The notes beneath the pieces were generated by a model. It searched no databases, was not told the origin of the DNA, and was given only the letters and a program-made list of their open reading frames with translations. The translations under genes were made by a program, and so were the position numbers. Shown in pieces: positions 11,769-22,705 of a DNA stretch of 64,000 nt. Numbering within the stretch: position 1 is the first letter of the stretch; every line of letters begins with the position of its first letter. This stretch comes from Nitrospirales bacterium (lineage in GTDB: Bacteria > Nitrospirota > Nitrospiria > Nitrospirales > UBA8639): NCBI GenBank assembly GCA_965203295.1, contig CBDBCZ010000019.1, positions 1,504,001 to 1,568,000 on the forward strand. The letters are read 5' to 3'.

Positions 11769-12404
11769 TCAATCAGAAGAGGTACTGACACGATTCCGGC
11801 ATTGGGCTTGCTGGCGGAACTTCTGATAAAGATCTTGCACAATGGGTTGAAGTTGCTTGAGAGGCACCGTGCCGTCAATCACGTAATCCGCATATCGGAG
11901 TTTTTGGGGTAAAGGCATCTGGCCACGAATGCGGCTTAATGCCTGTCGTCTCGTGAGGCCGTCTCTTAGAACGGCACGAGACAATTGAGTTTCTCTGTTG
12001 GCAGTGACGACGATGACACGGTCCATTCGTTGATGGGCTTCAGCTTCGATAAGCATAGTGGCATCATAGATAATCACTGCGTCAGGATCTTCTTTCGCAA
12101 GCTGCCGAGTGATTTTGGCTTGTTCGCGAGCAACTCTGGGATGTACAAGACCGTTGAGCGTTCGCAGAAGTTTTGGATTCTGAAAAACTCGAGAGGCCAA
12201 GGCAGCTCGATTTACTGTCCGGTCAGGGTGCAAGACGTTCTTTCCAAAGGCCTTGACAAGGTCTTTCCACGCTGCTCGATGTGGTGCGACCACCTGACGT
12301 GCTAAGATATCGGCATCAATAACTTTGGCCCCCAATCGTTGAAATAAGGCGGCAATGGAGGTTTTCCCTGTTGCCAAGCCACCAGTTAGCCCAACTAAGA
12401 GCAT
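11769..12404 (-). CDS. coaE: Dephospho-CoA kinase
   Basis: GLTGGLATGKT, IDAD.LAR, HPRV and ADYVID. Confidence 0.95.
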   Translation of the reverse strand: MLLVGLTGGLATGKTSIAALFQRLGAKVIDADILARQVVAPHRAAWKDLVKAFGKNVLHPDRTVNRAALASRVFQNPKLLRTLNGLVHPRVAREQAKITRQLAKEDPDAVIIYDATMLIEAEAHQRMDRVIVVTANRETQLSRAVLRDGLTRRQALSRIRGQMPLPQKLRYADYVIDGTVPLKQLQPIVQDLYQKFRQQAQCRNRVSTSSD

Positions 12405-12504
12405 AACGCAACCATACCATAGAAATTTTGATGCTCACAAGAAAGAGAAGAAGCAGAAGACTTGACGGTTAAGCTAAACATCCTATATTTGCCTACTGAC
12501 TATC

Positions 12505-13626
12505 GTGATATTCAAGTATGGCTTTAAGTTTATGGAAAGGGAAAAGACTATTCCAATGCAATTATTAAAGAGATGTAGCAAGAATTTTGATTTTCGTTGG
12601 GATGTGATCTTCTTTCTGGGTTTCTCTCTCAGCATGGGACCTGTTATTGCTTGGACTGCGGAATCATCTGAATTTGGTGATCATAACCACCTTCCTCCTT
12701 CTCAATGGACGGTGGCAGTGGATGGCACTGGCCAGTTTGTGTCCATTCAAGAGGCCATTGACCAAGCCGAACCGGGAGCAACCATTTTCATCAAAAAAGG
12801 TCGTTATCAAGAAGATGTCACTGTTTACAGTAAAGAAAATCTCAAAGTGATCGGTGAGGGGATGGACCTGGTCACGATTACAGGGCTTGAGCGTGTGGGC
12901 ACGTTACACATTGGCAAATGGCCGTACGGGGCCACGAATGTGGAAATCCAAAACATGACCATTCATCAGCATGGCGGATTAGGGGTAGGCATTTTTAATG
13001 GATCAGGGGTGGTGCTGCGAAACATTCGTATCAAAGGAATGATCTTTGGGCAACAAGTCAACGGAGTGCGAATAGAAGACTCGATCATTGGGGGTAGTGA
13101 GACCACAGGTGTGGCTTTTGCCAATACCCAGGCTATACTAGTCGGCAACGTGATTCATGACAATGATCACGGCGTTGCGGTCGGTGGGACTTCGCAGGTA
13201 TCCCTCAAATACAATGTCATTACACGGAGTTTGTTCGAAGCGGTGCTTGTCACCGACCAAACTCATGTAACATTGGTGCAAAACACATTAATTAAAAATG
13301 GAGGCGGGGTAAGCTTTCAAAATGAAACGGTGGGGGAGGTTCGTGGAAATATTGTTGGGGACAGTAAAGCCGCGTTTACCTTTTCGCCCAAAAGCCAAAT
13401 CGCGCTATCCGTCAATGCTCTGCATAACAATGAAAGGGACTATCTCATGGAAGAGGGGTCACCCAAAGAGACGTCTCTTGCATATGGAAAGACAGATTTT
13501 CACCTGGCTCCGAAATTCGTTGACCCTGAAAAAGGTGACTTTCGCCTTCAACCCGATACTCCTCTCCGAGAGATAGGTAGGTTTCCTTACCTTGGCGCTC
13601 TTCCGCCTATGGATACTGCACCGTAA
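12505..13626 (+). CDS. Exported right-handed beta-helix protein (NosD/pectinesterase-like N-terminus)
   Basis: VAVDGTGQFVSIQEAID, repeated N.I..N beta-helix turns and a C-terminal PKFVDPEKGDFRL. Start uncertain. Confidence 0.75.
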   Translation: MIFKYGFKFMEREKTIPMQLLKRCSKNFDFRWDVIFFLGFSLSMGPVIAWTAESSEFGDHNHLPPSQWTVAVDGTGQFVSIQEAIDQAEPGATIFIKKGRYQEDVTVYSKENLKVIGEGMDLVTITGLERVGTLHIGKWPYGATNVEIQNMTIHQHGGLGVGIFNGSGVVLRNIRIKGMIFGQQVNGVRIEDSIIGGSETTGVAFANTQAILVGNVIHDNDHGVAVGGTSQVSLKYNVITRSLFEAVLVTDQTHVTLVQNTLIKNGGGVSFQNETVGEVRGNIVGDSKAAFTFSPKSQIALSVNALHNNERDYLMEEGSPKETSLAYGKTDFHLAPKFVDPEKGDFRLQPDTPLREIGRFPYLGALPPMDTAP

Positions 13627-13779
13627 TTCACGGTCCTATCGAGTCTCTCTAACTAAACAGACCTGATAAATTCTGATTTTAAGTCTCTTTATCTCTCTAT
13701 CCACAAAGAATGTGAGTCATCACAAGGATGGGTCAAGAGGTCCATCTGCACGAGGAAACGAGATCAGGAAGACCTATGT

Positions 13780-14550
13780 TCACTCCCGAGCTTTTAAATG
13801 GAGCAAACCTCTGACTGTCATGACAAAATTCTTAAGAAATGTCATTCCTAGTAATCCCGACACTCCGGAAATGGCTTCCGGTAGATCATGGGCTGAGACG
13901 GAAACATTTTGAGCTTCAGCTCCTCCAACTTGCATATGGGCGACATGGGTGATGCTGACTTGAACCTGACCTCTCGCTGTGTTGACTGTGCTAATGTCGT
14001 TCTCGGACCCTGATAATAGCCCTAACTCGGTTGCCACATCATAGGAAAGCACGGTCATGGTAGCACTAGTATCGACGATGAGATGAACATCTCGGGTTTG
14101 GTTGAGACGAGCTTGAACCACATGGGATCCACCGATCTTGGTCAAGCGAACGGTAATTGGAGGAGGTCCCTCTGATTTCTTTTTAGAGGAGGTTTGTTTT
14201 TCTTCATTGTGCCTTGAAGTGGGATCGCCCTGATGTGGCACTTGTGGCCTCGTCATTCTTTGAGATCGCTTGTGGGTAGCCCTCGATCTTGGAGGTGGAG
14301 TCTTAGCACGGGTTGGTTTTGAGGAAGAAGATTTCAATCGAGAATTATTCTCAATTGGCTGGCAGTTGTAGAGTTGAGCCGGGCTATCGGTATGGACGGT
14401 GATCCCATCTTCATCAAGACATCGATAGATTGTTGCCCAGCTCTGCTGTAGAAGGATCAACATACTTCCCTGAATGAAAAAACAGATGATGAGAACGGCA
14501 GTCGTGAAAACAGGGGTTTTGACTATCGCTTTGAGTTGGGAGGAAGACAT
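13780..14550 (-). CDS. DUF4124 plus retropepsin-like (clan AA) aspartyl protease; motif degenerate
   Basis: IYRCLDEDG..HTD N-domain, LIVDTSATMT (DTG changed to DTS) and GLLGMTFL. Confidence 0.75.
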   Translation of the reverse strand: MSSSQLKAIVKTPVFTTAVLIICFFIQGSMLILLQQSWATIYRCLDEDGITVHTDSPAQLYNCQPIENNSRLKSSSSKPTRAKTPPPRSRATHKRSQRMTRPQVPHQGDPTSRHNEEKQTSSKKKSEGPPPITVRLTKIGGSHVVQARLNQTRDVHLIVDTSATMTVLSYDVATELGLLSGSENDISTVNTARGQVQVSITHVAHMQVGGAEAQNVSVSAHDLPEAISGVSGLLGMTFLKNFVMTVRGLLHLKARE

Positions 14551-14629
14551 CCTATAGGACTCCCAACAGCCCTTGGGATGAAGTACATTGCCTCAGTGAG
14601 GCCTGAGACACGTACTATTACCCTTGAGG

Positions 14630-15217
14630 CTAAGACTCGGATTCAGGTTCCATCTTACTTTCCGAATCAGACGAGTCTTCATGTATGGGATCTTGGGGTT
14701 GAGAATTAGTTGATTCTCTAGCCTGAAACGTAATCGCGGCGTAGGTTGCTGCTCCTTTAAAGTGTTCTTGGTCAAGAGGTACTTCTTTACTTGAACTCCT
14801 GACCCCGCGTATTTGTCCTCTAACTTTTATGAAGTCAAAAAGCTTTCCTGTGATTGGGTCATCGTATGCCACAGGCAAGTAGCGTTTGGGTTTCTTGGTA
14901 AGGTCTTCTAATTTAAGCGGATATTTATTCTCACGTATGACCGTTTGAACTCCATGATCGGCTGTGAACCGCTCAATAGCCTTCTGTATCCGAGTCCCAC
15001 GAAAAAAAAGCTCAGCCTCCCGATCCCGTTTTATGATCACTGAGCAATGCTGGCCTAAGGCCATTAAGGAGATGCCGATAATGATAATAAACATAACCAG
15101 TAAATACGTCATTCCTTTTTGATTAGCGAGTAGACGTATCGAAAAAGATCGTTTGAGTGAGTTGCGAATTGTTGAGGTGAAGGGGGGGGATGGTGAAGAG
15201 ATAGGTTTTAATTTCAT
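14630..15217 (-). CDS. Type II secretion pseudopilin-like protein
   Basis: QKGMTYLLV prepilin-like site followed by a hydrophobic helix, REAELFFRG, YP..LEDL and YDDPITG. Confidence 0.75.
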   Translation of the reverse strand: MKLKPISSPSPPFTSTIRNSLKRSFSIRLLANQKGMTYLLVMFIIIIGISLMALGQHCSVIIKRDREAELFFRGTRIQKAIERFTADHGVQTVIRENKYPLKLEDLTKKPKRYLPVAYDDPITGKLFDFIKVRGQIRGVRSSSKEVPLDQEHFKGAATYAAITFQARESTNSQPQDPIHEDSSDSESKMEPESES

Positions 15218-15288
15218 GACTATCCAGTCGTCTTTTGGTTATTTCATTCATACCTCCGCTTCCTATAGACGGGGAGTTCTGGTTACTT

Positions 15289-15958
15289 TTAAAAAGGCCA
15301 GCTCTCTTCTTTCCAAGCCATTTCCCAAAACATCCACTCATAGCGCGAACTTAAGAGAAAAGCCTCGAGCATTCGTTTTTTTTTCTTCTCGTCCGGCAGT
15401 TTTTGCCAATACATCCACTACTTGACGCATCCATTCCCCTACTTCCGCGAATTCAGGTGACCCATACATCATGAGCCAATCTCTGTAGGGATGCTTGGAA
15501 GGGGGTTCCCCTTTCCTCAAAAGATGTTGGCCAATTACACAATACACCCATGCACAGGGTAAAGCGACAACGATCAATTCGCAGAGAGAGCCCTGTTGGG
15601 CCACGCTTCGCATATGGCGAGTATAGGCGTAATTGGTCGGCGCCATGGAAGTTTGTCGCATGGTTTTTTCGGACAACTTCCATTTCTTACCATAATTTTC
15701 ATGGAGGCCCTTTTCAACTGTGATGGTTTCCTCAACAAGTTTGGCAAATCGCAACGCCACTTCCGGATCAGTCGCTTTTTGTGCTCCAAGGGCAAACATT
15801 CGTGCTAGTTCTTCCAAGAACCGGGCATCTTGAAGAATGTAGAATTGAAATTTTCTCAATGGTAAGGTCCCATGTCCCAATGACACCACAAATGGGTGCG
15901 TTAACTGAGCCTTCCAGATTGGCTCGACATGTTTTCGCAACTGATCAGAAAATCTCAT
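15289..15958 (-). pseudogene. tenA: Thiaminase II / TenA, frameshifted in an A9 run near the C-terminus
   Basis: HPFV, YILQDARF and LPCAWVY. Removing one base from T9 (15376-15384) restores MLEAFLLSSRYEWMFWEMAWKEESWPF* ending at 15289. Confidence 0.88.
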
Positions 15959-16040
15959 TGTATTTGGTCCTTTTTCATCTTCAGCGGATTAAGAGCTAAT
16001 TCATATGGCCACAAATCGTGGAAATTGGGTATGCCGATCC

Positions 16041-16733
16041 TTATGGCGATGAGGATTCTGAAGATTTCCTCATGAGGGCGCGGGCTGCTGTAAAAGCGGC
16101 TTCCATATCTGGCATGTGGCCGAGGTTTGGCGTCACCTGAAGATAACGAATCACATTTTGTGAGTCCACGACGAGCACCGCACGAGCCAGAAGATGTGGT
16201 TCTTTAAGGAGTAAGCCGTGAGTCTGTCCAAAGTGCCCTCCTCGATAATCTGAAAGGAAGGTCACGTTGTGAATGTTTGCCTCTTTGGCAAAACGGTCTT
16301 GGGCGAAGGGAGTATCAACACTGATGGTTATTAAATCTACCGAGGAGTCAAGTCCTTGATTCCGCTCGCTTAAATAATGAGTCTGCTGTTCACAGACTTT
16401 TGTATCAATAGAAGGAACGACATTAATAATCCGTGGCCTCCCAGTGTTTTCTACTACATCGATAAGAGATAAATCCTTACTGGCGACTGAGACATGCCGA
16501 AGGTGGTCACCTGGTGAAATGCCTTTCCCGCTCAGGGCAAGATTGCTCCCACGAAATTGGACGCTATTTCCTTCGCCTGATCCGATGGTTCCTTTTGCAA
16601 TAGGGATGTCTTGATAAAGAAATGTATCATTTTGGGTATGGGGCGCTTTTGCACAGGCTCCTAAAAATACGAAGTGTAAACAGAGAATGACGATAAGGTA
16701 GAAGGTCATGCGTTCCGTGACCATGGTTGACAC
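16041..16733 (-). CDS. Thiol peroxidase (Tpx-like peroxiredoxin) with lipoprotein-type leader
   Basis: VPSIDTKVC, ISVDTPFAQDRF, LSDYR and LARAVLVVD. FLGAC lipobox. Confidence 0.85.
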   Translation of the reverse strand: MSTMVTERMTFYLIVILCLHFVFLGACAKAPHTQNDTFLYQDIPIAKGTIGSGEGNSVQFRGSNLALSGKGISPGDHLRHVSVASKDLSLIDVVENTGRPRIINVVPSIDTKVCEQQTHYLSERNQGLDSSVDLITISVDTPFAQDRFAKEANIHNVTFLSDYRGGHFGQTHGLLLKEPHLLARAVLVVDSQNVIRYLQVTPNLGHMPDMEAAFTAARALMRKSSESSSP

Positions 16734-16871
16734 TCCATTCCCGAGGTGAGTGACTTTATTCTAGGGGATTCTCAAAGCCTTGTCATCCATTCAAGACTGT
16801 TGAAAAGTCAGGGATTTGTTGAATGAAAAGTTCCTAAATAGGAAATCTTGAATTTTTCAATAGATTGTGGG

Positions 16872-17777
16872 TCAAAGAGAGGAATGAGCAAGGAAATTCG
16901 TTATAAGGTTGTTGACCTGAATGGGCTTCTCTCATTGTGGAATATGCCCAGCATCTTGAATGACGTGAAATGATGAATCCGAAATGATTTGGCGAAGACT
17001 CCTCCCGACAGTCTGAGGAAATAACCGATCTTCTGATCCCCAGATAATTAAGGTTGAATGGTGAACTTGCTTCAAACGAAGACCGAATCCCTGCTCCCAT
17101 TGGGGGAGGTGATCAAGAAGGGAAAAAAGAGGAGGAAGGAAGTCTGAGTTCTGCTTGTTTTGGTAGGACCGTTCAATAACCGATGGAGTGAGGAGTTCTT
17201 GGTTATAGACAATTTCTTCTAAATTCATTTTGGTGAGCCAATGTCCCCCAAACCAATTACCGACTTTGGCTAACCAAATTGGGGGGCGATGGTTGATGAG
17301 CCCTTCATAGTGATCCGACGTGAGATTTTGAGAAATATTAGCAGGGAATCCTGAAATGAGAATGAGGCGATCTACGCGTTTTAGGTAACGGAGAGCCATC
17401 CCTAATGCCAATCCTACTCCTAGGGAATTTTCCACCAAAGTGGCATGGTCAAGTCCTAGATTATCCATAAAACCTCGAAAAGACTCTATTAACGTGTTCG
17501 GTGAATAGGGGATGTTGGGTTTGTCGGATCGTCCACATCCTAAGAGGTCGAGAGTGATGACGCGGAAGTTCGAGCTAAGACCGGTTAGTTGTTGTTCCCA
17601 ATGCCATCGTGCTCCTCCAAAGCCATGAATGAGGACGAGGGGAGAACCCTGTCCTATGTCTTGGTAGGCGATGCGGTGTCCATCAACGAGAACAGTTTGT
17701 AATCGTGAATCGTGGGATAAGTGGTTTGGTGTGGGATGCGGTGAGGTAGTGATACACCCTGTAATATGAATGAACAC
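16872..17777 (-). pseudogene. Alpha/beta hydrolase with premature TGA at 16932
   Basis: LIHGFGG, DLLGCGRS, ENSLG nucleophile elbow and WGSEDR. GHIPQ*EKP reads on in frame to a stop at 16872. Confidence 0.75.
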
Positions 17778-17872
17778 AAAAATCAGACATCAACCATACA
17801 TAAGGTTTTGAAAAATTAGCGTTCCCCAGAAGGTCAGATTGAAACAGAATATTTCTGTATGTCAAATGATAT

Positions 17873-17997
17873 GCAGGATGTTCAAAAAGGCCTGTCCGGC
17901 AAGTCCGGAGGCAACGAGTCCCCTGAGGCGGCCAGGTGACTACGTTGAGGGGCTTGAGCAACGACAACGCCGCTGGTGGGATTTATTAACATCGTGC
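17873..17997. repeat. ~125-bp intergenic MITE/REP-like repeat, copy 1
   Basis: Terminal inverted repeat GCAGGATGTTCAAAAA / TTTATTAACATCGTGC (13/16 match). Shares internal blocks with 58222-58343. Confidence 0.75.
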
Positions 17998-18021
17998 TAG
18001 GCAATTCTGGGATGCTACCAG

Positions 18022-19971
18022 TCACTCCACGTGAATCAGTGTTTCCTCGGTATTTACGTCATCGCCTTCTTTAATCAAAATATTTTTCACGGTACCATCG
18101 ATTGGAGCAGAGACACGATTTTCCATTTTCATGGCCTCGATGACGATCAGGGGATCTCCGGCTTTAACCTGCTCATCAACAGAAACTAGAATTTTGACGA
18201 CCCTCCCAGGAATTGGAGTCGTGACATCTCCGGGTTTCGAAGGCTTAGGGCGTGATCCTGTGGCTGGTCCTGGTCCTGTTGAAATTGGGGACTCGGCTCC
18301 TCCTGCTAAAACTTCTTGAATCGGCTCTAAATAGACTTCTTCAAGCTTATCATCAACTTTAATGTAATAGGGTTTTCGCCCATCCACGGTTTGGCCTGAT
18401 CCGGATACTCGAATGTGGTAAGACTCTCCATGGAGTATGACTTTAAACTCTACCGGAGCCAAATGAAGTTCACGCGCAATGGCCGGCTCACTTTCTGTTA
18501 ATGGTTCTAACTTTTCGGGTTTGAGTTCTCCACGTTCCCGTTCATCAAAATATTGTAAGGCAATAGAGGGAAAGAGCGCGTAGGTAATGACATCCTCTGG
18601 GGAAACCTCTTTTTGCGAGAGCTCATGCTGTGCATTCTGGAGTTCTGGTTCTATATTGTCCGCCGGTCTTCCTGTAAGAGGGTGCTCTCCTTCCAGCGAC
18701 TTTTTTCTGATTTTGGAATCGAGTGTTCCAGGAGGTTTGCCATAAAGGCCTAGAAAGTAATTTTTCGTTTCATTGGTAATAACTTTGTACCGTTCTCCAG
18801 TGCGTACGTTGAGGGTCGCTTGGGTGCCCACAATTTGGCTTGTCGGAGTAACCAAAGGGGGATACCCCATCTCTTTTCGTACGCGCGGGATTTCATTTAA
18901 CACTTCTTTGATCTTGTCTAACGAATCTTGTTCTGCCAATTGCGAAGCCAAGTTTGAAAGCATTCCACCTGGAACCTGGGAAACAAGGATGTCGGTATCC
19001 ACACCGGTAAAATCACTTTCAAATTGATGGTATTTTTTGCGCGCTATTCGAAGATGTTCAGCGACAGGCGTCAGACTGCCGAGGTTTAAACCCGTATCAT
19101 AAGGTGTCCCCTGCAAGGCAGCGATGAAGGATTCCGTCGGAGGATGGGATGTGCCCCCTGCAAGCGGAGACATGGCAGTATCCAGGATATCCAATCCTCC
19201 TAAAACAGCCATTAACGCCGACATTGAGGCCATTCCCGACGTATAGTGTGTATGTAAATGAATAGGAATATGAACAGTCGCTTTGAGGCGTTTGACGAGT
19301 TCATAGGCTTCGAATGGAGGGAGGAGACCTGCCATATCCTTGATGCACAGCGTGTCCGTTCCGAGTTCTTCTAACCGTACAGCCTGTTCGACAAAATGAT
19401 TCAGGCTATGAACTGGGCTGACGGTATAACAAATCGTGCCTTCGACATGTTTGCCACATTCTTTCACCACTTTCATGGCATGTGTCATGTTTCGGATATC
19501 GTTCAGAGCATCAAAAATCCGAAAGACATCAATCCCATTTTCTGCAGACCGCTCGATAAACGTTTCTAGCACATCATCGGCATAATGGCGGTATCCGACT
19601 AAATTTTGTCCACGCAAGAGCATTTGTAACCTCGTGTTCGGCACAGCTGCGCGAAATGCTCTGAGTCGTTCCCACGGATCTTCTTTCAAGAAACGGATGC
19701 AGGAGTCGAATGTGGCTCCTCCCCATACTTCAAGAGACCAAAATCCCACAGAGTCGAGTTTCTCCGCTGCCGGCAACAGATCTTCCGTCCGCATTCGTGT
19801 CGCCAGCAACGATTGGTGTCCATCTCGCAACGCCACGTCGGTCAGGTGCAATTTTCGTCCTGGAGATGAATCGATCTCGAAATCTGGGGTTGGTTTCGTT
19901 GGGGCCTTTCGGTTTTTAGGGAACTGTGTTGCTTTTTTCCCTTTGGTTTTTGTTAGCTTGTTTGTAGACAT
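18022..19971 (-). CDS. Pyruvate or 2-oxoglutarate carboxylase large subunit (carboxyltransferase plus biotin carrier)
   Basis: LRDGHQSLLATR, WGGATFD, QMLLRGQN, IKDMAG, HTH, VTPTSQIVG and the biotin motif EAMKM. Confidence 0.92.
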   Translation of the reverse strand: MSTNKLTKTKGKKATQFPKNRKAPTKPTPDFEIDSSPGRKLHLTDVALRDGHQSLLATRMRTEDLLPAAEKLDSVGFWSLEVWGGATFDSCIRFLKEDPWERLRAFRAAVPNTRLQMLLRGQNLVGYRHYADDVLETFIERSAENGIDVFRIFDALNDIRNMTHAMKVVKECGKHVEGTICYTVSPVHSLNHFVEQAVRLEELGTDTLCIKDMAGLLPPFEAYELVKRLKATVHIPIHLHTHYTSGMASMSALMAVLGGLDILDTAMSPLAGGTSHPPTESFIAALQGTPYDTGLNLGSLTPVAEHLRIARKKYHQFESDFTGVDTDILVSQVPGGMLSNLASQLAEQDSLDKIKEVLNEIPRVRKEMGYPPLVTPTSQIVGTQATLNVRTGERYKVITNETKNYFLGLYGKPPGTLDSKIRKKSLEGEHPLTGRPADNIEPELQNAQHELSQKEVSPEDVITYALFPSIALQYFDERERGELKPEKLEPLTESEPAIARELHLAPVEFKVILHGESYHIRVSGSGQTVDGRKPYYIKVDDKLEEVYLEPIQEVLAGGAESPISTGPGPATGSRPKPSKPGDVTTPIPGRVVKILVSVDEQVKAGDPLIVIEAMKMENRVSAPIDGTVKNILIKEGDDVNTEETLIHVE

Positions 19972-20065
19972 AATGATCCTTTGGTCTAAAAAACAGCAGA
20001 TTCCCTATCAAAATGAATAGACCTATTGGTGCTAATGGTCTTGGTTGAGATGGACATTATAATCC

Positions 20066-21484
20066 TTATAATCCTTCGAATGCGGCAATGGCCGAAGATA
20101 AGGCAATCACTAAATCCTCAGGTTCTAAAATTTCTTCATACTCAAACACACCAGGGTGACGTTCTAGGTAAGCCGTATCAAATCTCCCAGCCCTGAAATC
20201 AGACTCCTCCATGATTTTCATCAGAAAAGGAATGGTGGTTTTGACTCCCCTCAGAACAAATTCTTCAAGGGAACGATGCGTGCGACGCACAACTTCATCC
20301 CATGTCCTTCCACGGACGGTCATTTTTGCCAACAATGCGTCATAATAGGGCGGAACGGTGTAGTCTTTGTAGACCGCACCATCAATACGGACTCCAATTC
20401 CACCAGGGGAGAGATAGGAGGTGATTTTTCCCGAAGAAGGGCGAAACCCATTTTGTGGGTCCTCTGCGTTAATGCGGCACTGCATTGCGTACCCTTGGAG
20501 ATTGATTTCATGCTGGCCAAACATCAACGGACGTCCATCAGCAATCCAAATTTGGGATTGAACGATATCCACATTGGTAATTTGTTCTGTCACCGTGTGT
20601 TCCACCTGGATTCTGGGGTTCATCTCTAAAAAATAGTATTGCCCGTCAGCATCGAGTAAAAATTCGATGGTGCCGGCATTCGTGAATCCGGCAGCACGAG
20701 CTAACGTAATGGCTGCCTCTCCCATTTCTGCCCGGAGTTTCGGTTTTAAGACCAAGGAGGGTGCAATTTCAATGAGCTTTTGGTGGCGACGTTGGATTGA
20801 ACAATCTCGTTCGCCAAGGTGAACGACATAGCCATTGTTATCTGCTAGTAATTGAAATTCGATGTGGTGAGGACGTTCAACATATTTTTCTAAGAACAAA
20901 TCAGCATTTCCAAATGCCGCCAAAGCCTCTCGCGATCCTGATTCCATCGCAGACTGGAGTTCATCATCGGATTGGACAACGCGTAATCCCCGTCCTCCTC
21001 CGCCTGCACTGGCTTTCACCATCATGGGATACCCTGTTGCGTGACAAAACTTGAGCGCCTCTTCCAGGCTTTTTACTGGGGCATCGGTTCCAGGGACCAC
21101 GGGAACTCCCACGGATTTGGCTAATTCCCGAGCTTGGACTTTATTCCCCAGGAGTGTTAGGGCTTGTGAAGAGGGACCAATGAAAGAAATGTCGGTATTT
21201 TGGCATAGAGCAGCAAATTCGGGGTTCTCTGCTAAAAACCCATATCCCGGATGGATCGCATCAGCACCGATCCGTTTCGCTAATCCCACAATTTGGTGAG
21301 CGTCCAAAAAGCCCTGAGTAGGGCCAGGCCCCACAAGATAGGCTTCATTGGCCTTTTTGACGTAAATGGCGGTTGCATCGCATTCTGCGTAGATAGCGAC
21401 AGTGGCAATATTGAGCTCCCGGCAGGCACGGATAACCCGCATTGCGATTTCGCCTCGGTTAGCTATGAGAATCTTTCGAAACAT
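20066..21484 (-). CDS. Biotin carboxylase small subunit of the same carboxylase
   Basis: KILIANRGEIA, HPGYGFLAEN, GGGGRG, ERDCSIQRRHQK and EMNPRIQVEH. The C-terminal AIAAFEGL tail is typical of two-subunit carboxylases. Confidence 0.93.
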   Translation of the reverse strand: MFRKILIANRGEIAMRVIRACRELNIATVAIYAECDATAIYVKKANEAYLVGPGPTQGFLDAHQIVGLAKRIGADAIHPGYGFLAENPEFAALCQNTDISFIGPSSQALTLLGNKVQARELAKSVGVPVVPGTDAPVKSLEEALKFCHATGYPMMVKASAGGGGRGLRVVQSDDELQSAMESGSREALAAFGNADLFLEKYVERPHHIEFQLLADNNGYVVHLGERDCSIQRRHQKLIEIAPSLVLKPKLRAEMGEAAITLARAAGFTNAGTIEFLLDADGQYYFLEMNPRIQVEHTVTEQITNVDIVQSQIWIADGRPLMFGQHEINLQGYAMQCRINAEDPQNGFRPSSGKITSYLSPGGIGVRIDGAVYKDYTVPPYYDALLAKMTVRGRTWDEVVRRTHRSLEEFVLRGVKTTIPFLMKIMEESDFRAGRFDTAYLERHPGVFEYEEILEPEDLVIALSSAIAAFEGL

Positions 21485-21662
21485 GAGGATAGATGATGGA
21501 TTTTTTAGAGCATGGCCCGTTCTTTTTTCTAATGAGGTCTAAGAGACGTTGCAATTGGAAGGATGATGAATGTCTCTTCGCTGAATGATAAAACGTTTCT
21601 TGCGATAACATTGAAAAAAAGATTGAGCGTGGGTCAACGTAGTCTCCTAGGATACCGGCTTG

Positions 21663-22529
21663 CTATTCCCCATCGAGAGGATAGTATTTCACGACGGAAC
21701 TCGTCTTGTCTTGGAAGAGACCACTCGCGCCTACTTTGATGAGACGCTGACCGGTTGGGGACAACACAAAAGCGCGAAAAGCCAAAGCCACTGGTGAGGG
21801 GTTCTTGCTCATGACAAGAACAATTGGTCGACGAAGGGGATACGTGCCATCCAGGACTGTCTGGTATTCAGGTTCAATCCCGTTGATGAAAAGAAGAGTG
21901 ACACCATACCCGTCTTTGAGTGCTTGAAGGGCGGGACCCATAGAGACGTAGGAAATTGAGTAAATATCGCCGTTGATCGCTTTGAATGCTTGGACCTCTG
22001 TTCCAACTCTTTTGGAACGAACGGAAGTCTGATCTTCAATTCCAAGAAGTTTTTCGAACCCTTGCCGAATATTCTGATCCCATGATCGATTAATCAAGGT
22101 GATCTTCGTTTCCGGCCCTTCTTCATAGACCTCGGACCAATATTTTGCCTTGCCGGTAAAAATATTCGCGAGTTGGTCCGTTGTTATTTCATCGACGGGG
22201 TTGGCAAAGTTGGTCACAACGGCAATCCCATCCCAGGCCACAATGGTAGAGGATAAATCTTCCTCTACCTTTCCCGTTATGGCAATATCAGCCCCTTGAT
22301 CACGAATGGTTTTGACGGGTTTTGCATTATCGTGCCAGAAAAAATCAATGGAGGTAAGAGGGTGGTTGTATTCAAATTCCTGTGCGAGGGCTTCAATCGC
22401 ATAGCGTTCTGGACCGTTTCCTATGATCAAGCAAGTTCCCCTAAGATCGCTGTCAGCGGCGTACACGAGGGTTATCCCAGTGACGATGGGTAAAATTAAA
22501 AGCGGGATAAGGAGCCTTTTCCGTATCAT
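21663..22529 (-). CDS. PstS-like periplasmic phosphate-binding protein
   Basis: Signal peptide, VAWDGIAVVTN..NPV..IT..QL..IFTG...W and DGTYPLRRP. Confidence 0.75.
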   Translation of the reverse strand: MIRKRLLIPLLILPIVTGITLVYAADSDLRGTCLIIGNGPERYAIEALAQEFEYNHPLTSIDFFWHDNAKPVKTIRDQGADIAITGKVEEDLSSTIVAWDGIAVVTNFANPVDEITTDQLANIFTGKAKYWSEVYEEGPETKITLINRSWDQNIRQGFEKLLGIEDQTSVRSKRVGTEVQAFKAINGDIYSISYVSMGPALQALKDGYGVTLLFINGIEPEYQTVLDGTYPLRRPIVLVMSKNPSPVALAFRAFVLSPTGQRLIKVGASGLFQDKTSSVVKYYPLDGE

Positions 22530-22705
22530 CTGATCTTTACATCACAAGTTTCTGTAAAGAATGCGTTCATTTTCCCTGGAGCCAAATGACGAAATTCTGC
22601 ATCATTTCTTTTAGGGAAGACTGAAGTCAAGAGAGACGGCACAATTTCACCAAAAGAGACAGGATGCTCCATCTTTGAAAGAGAGAGTTCAGATTGAATC
22701 TGTGT

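Noticed and set aside
15959..16040. TPP riboswitch upstream of tenA
   Set aside because: No CTGAGA or ACCTG core on the minus strand, and the spacer is short.
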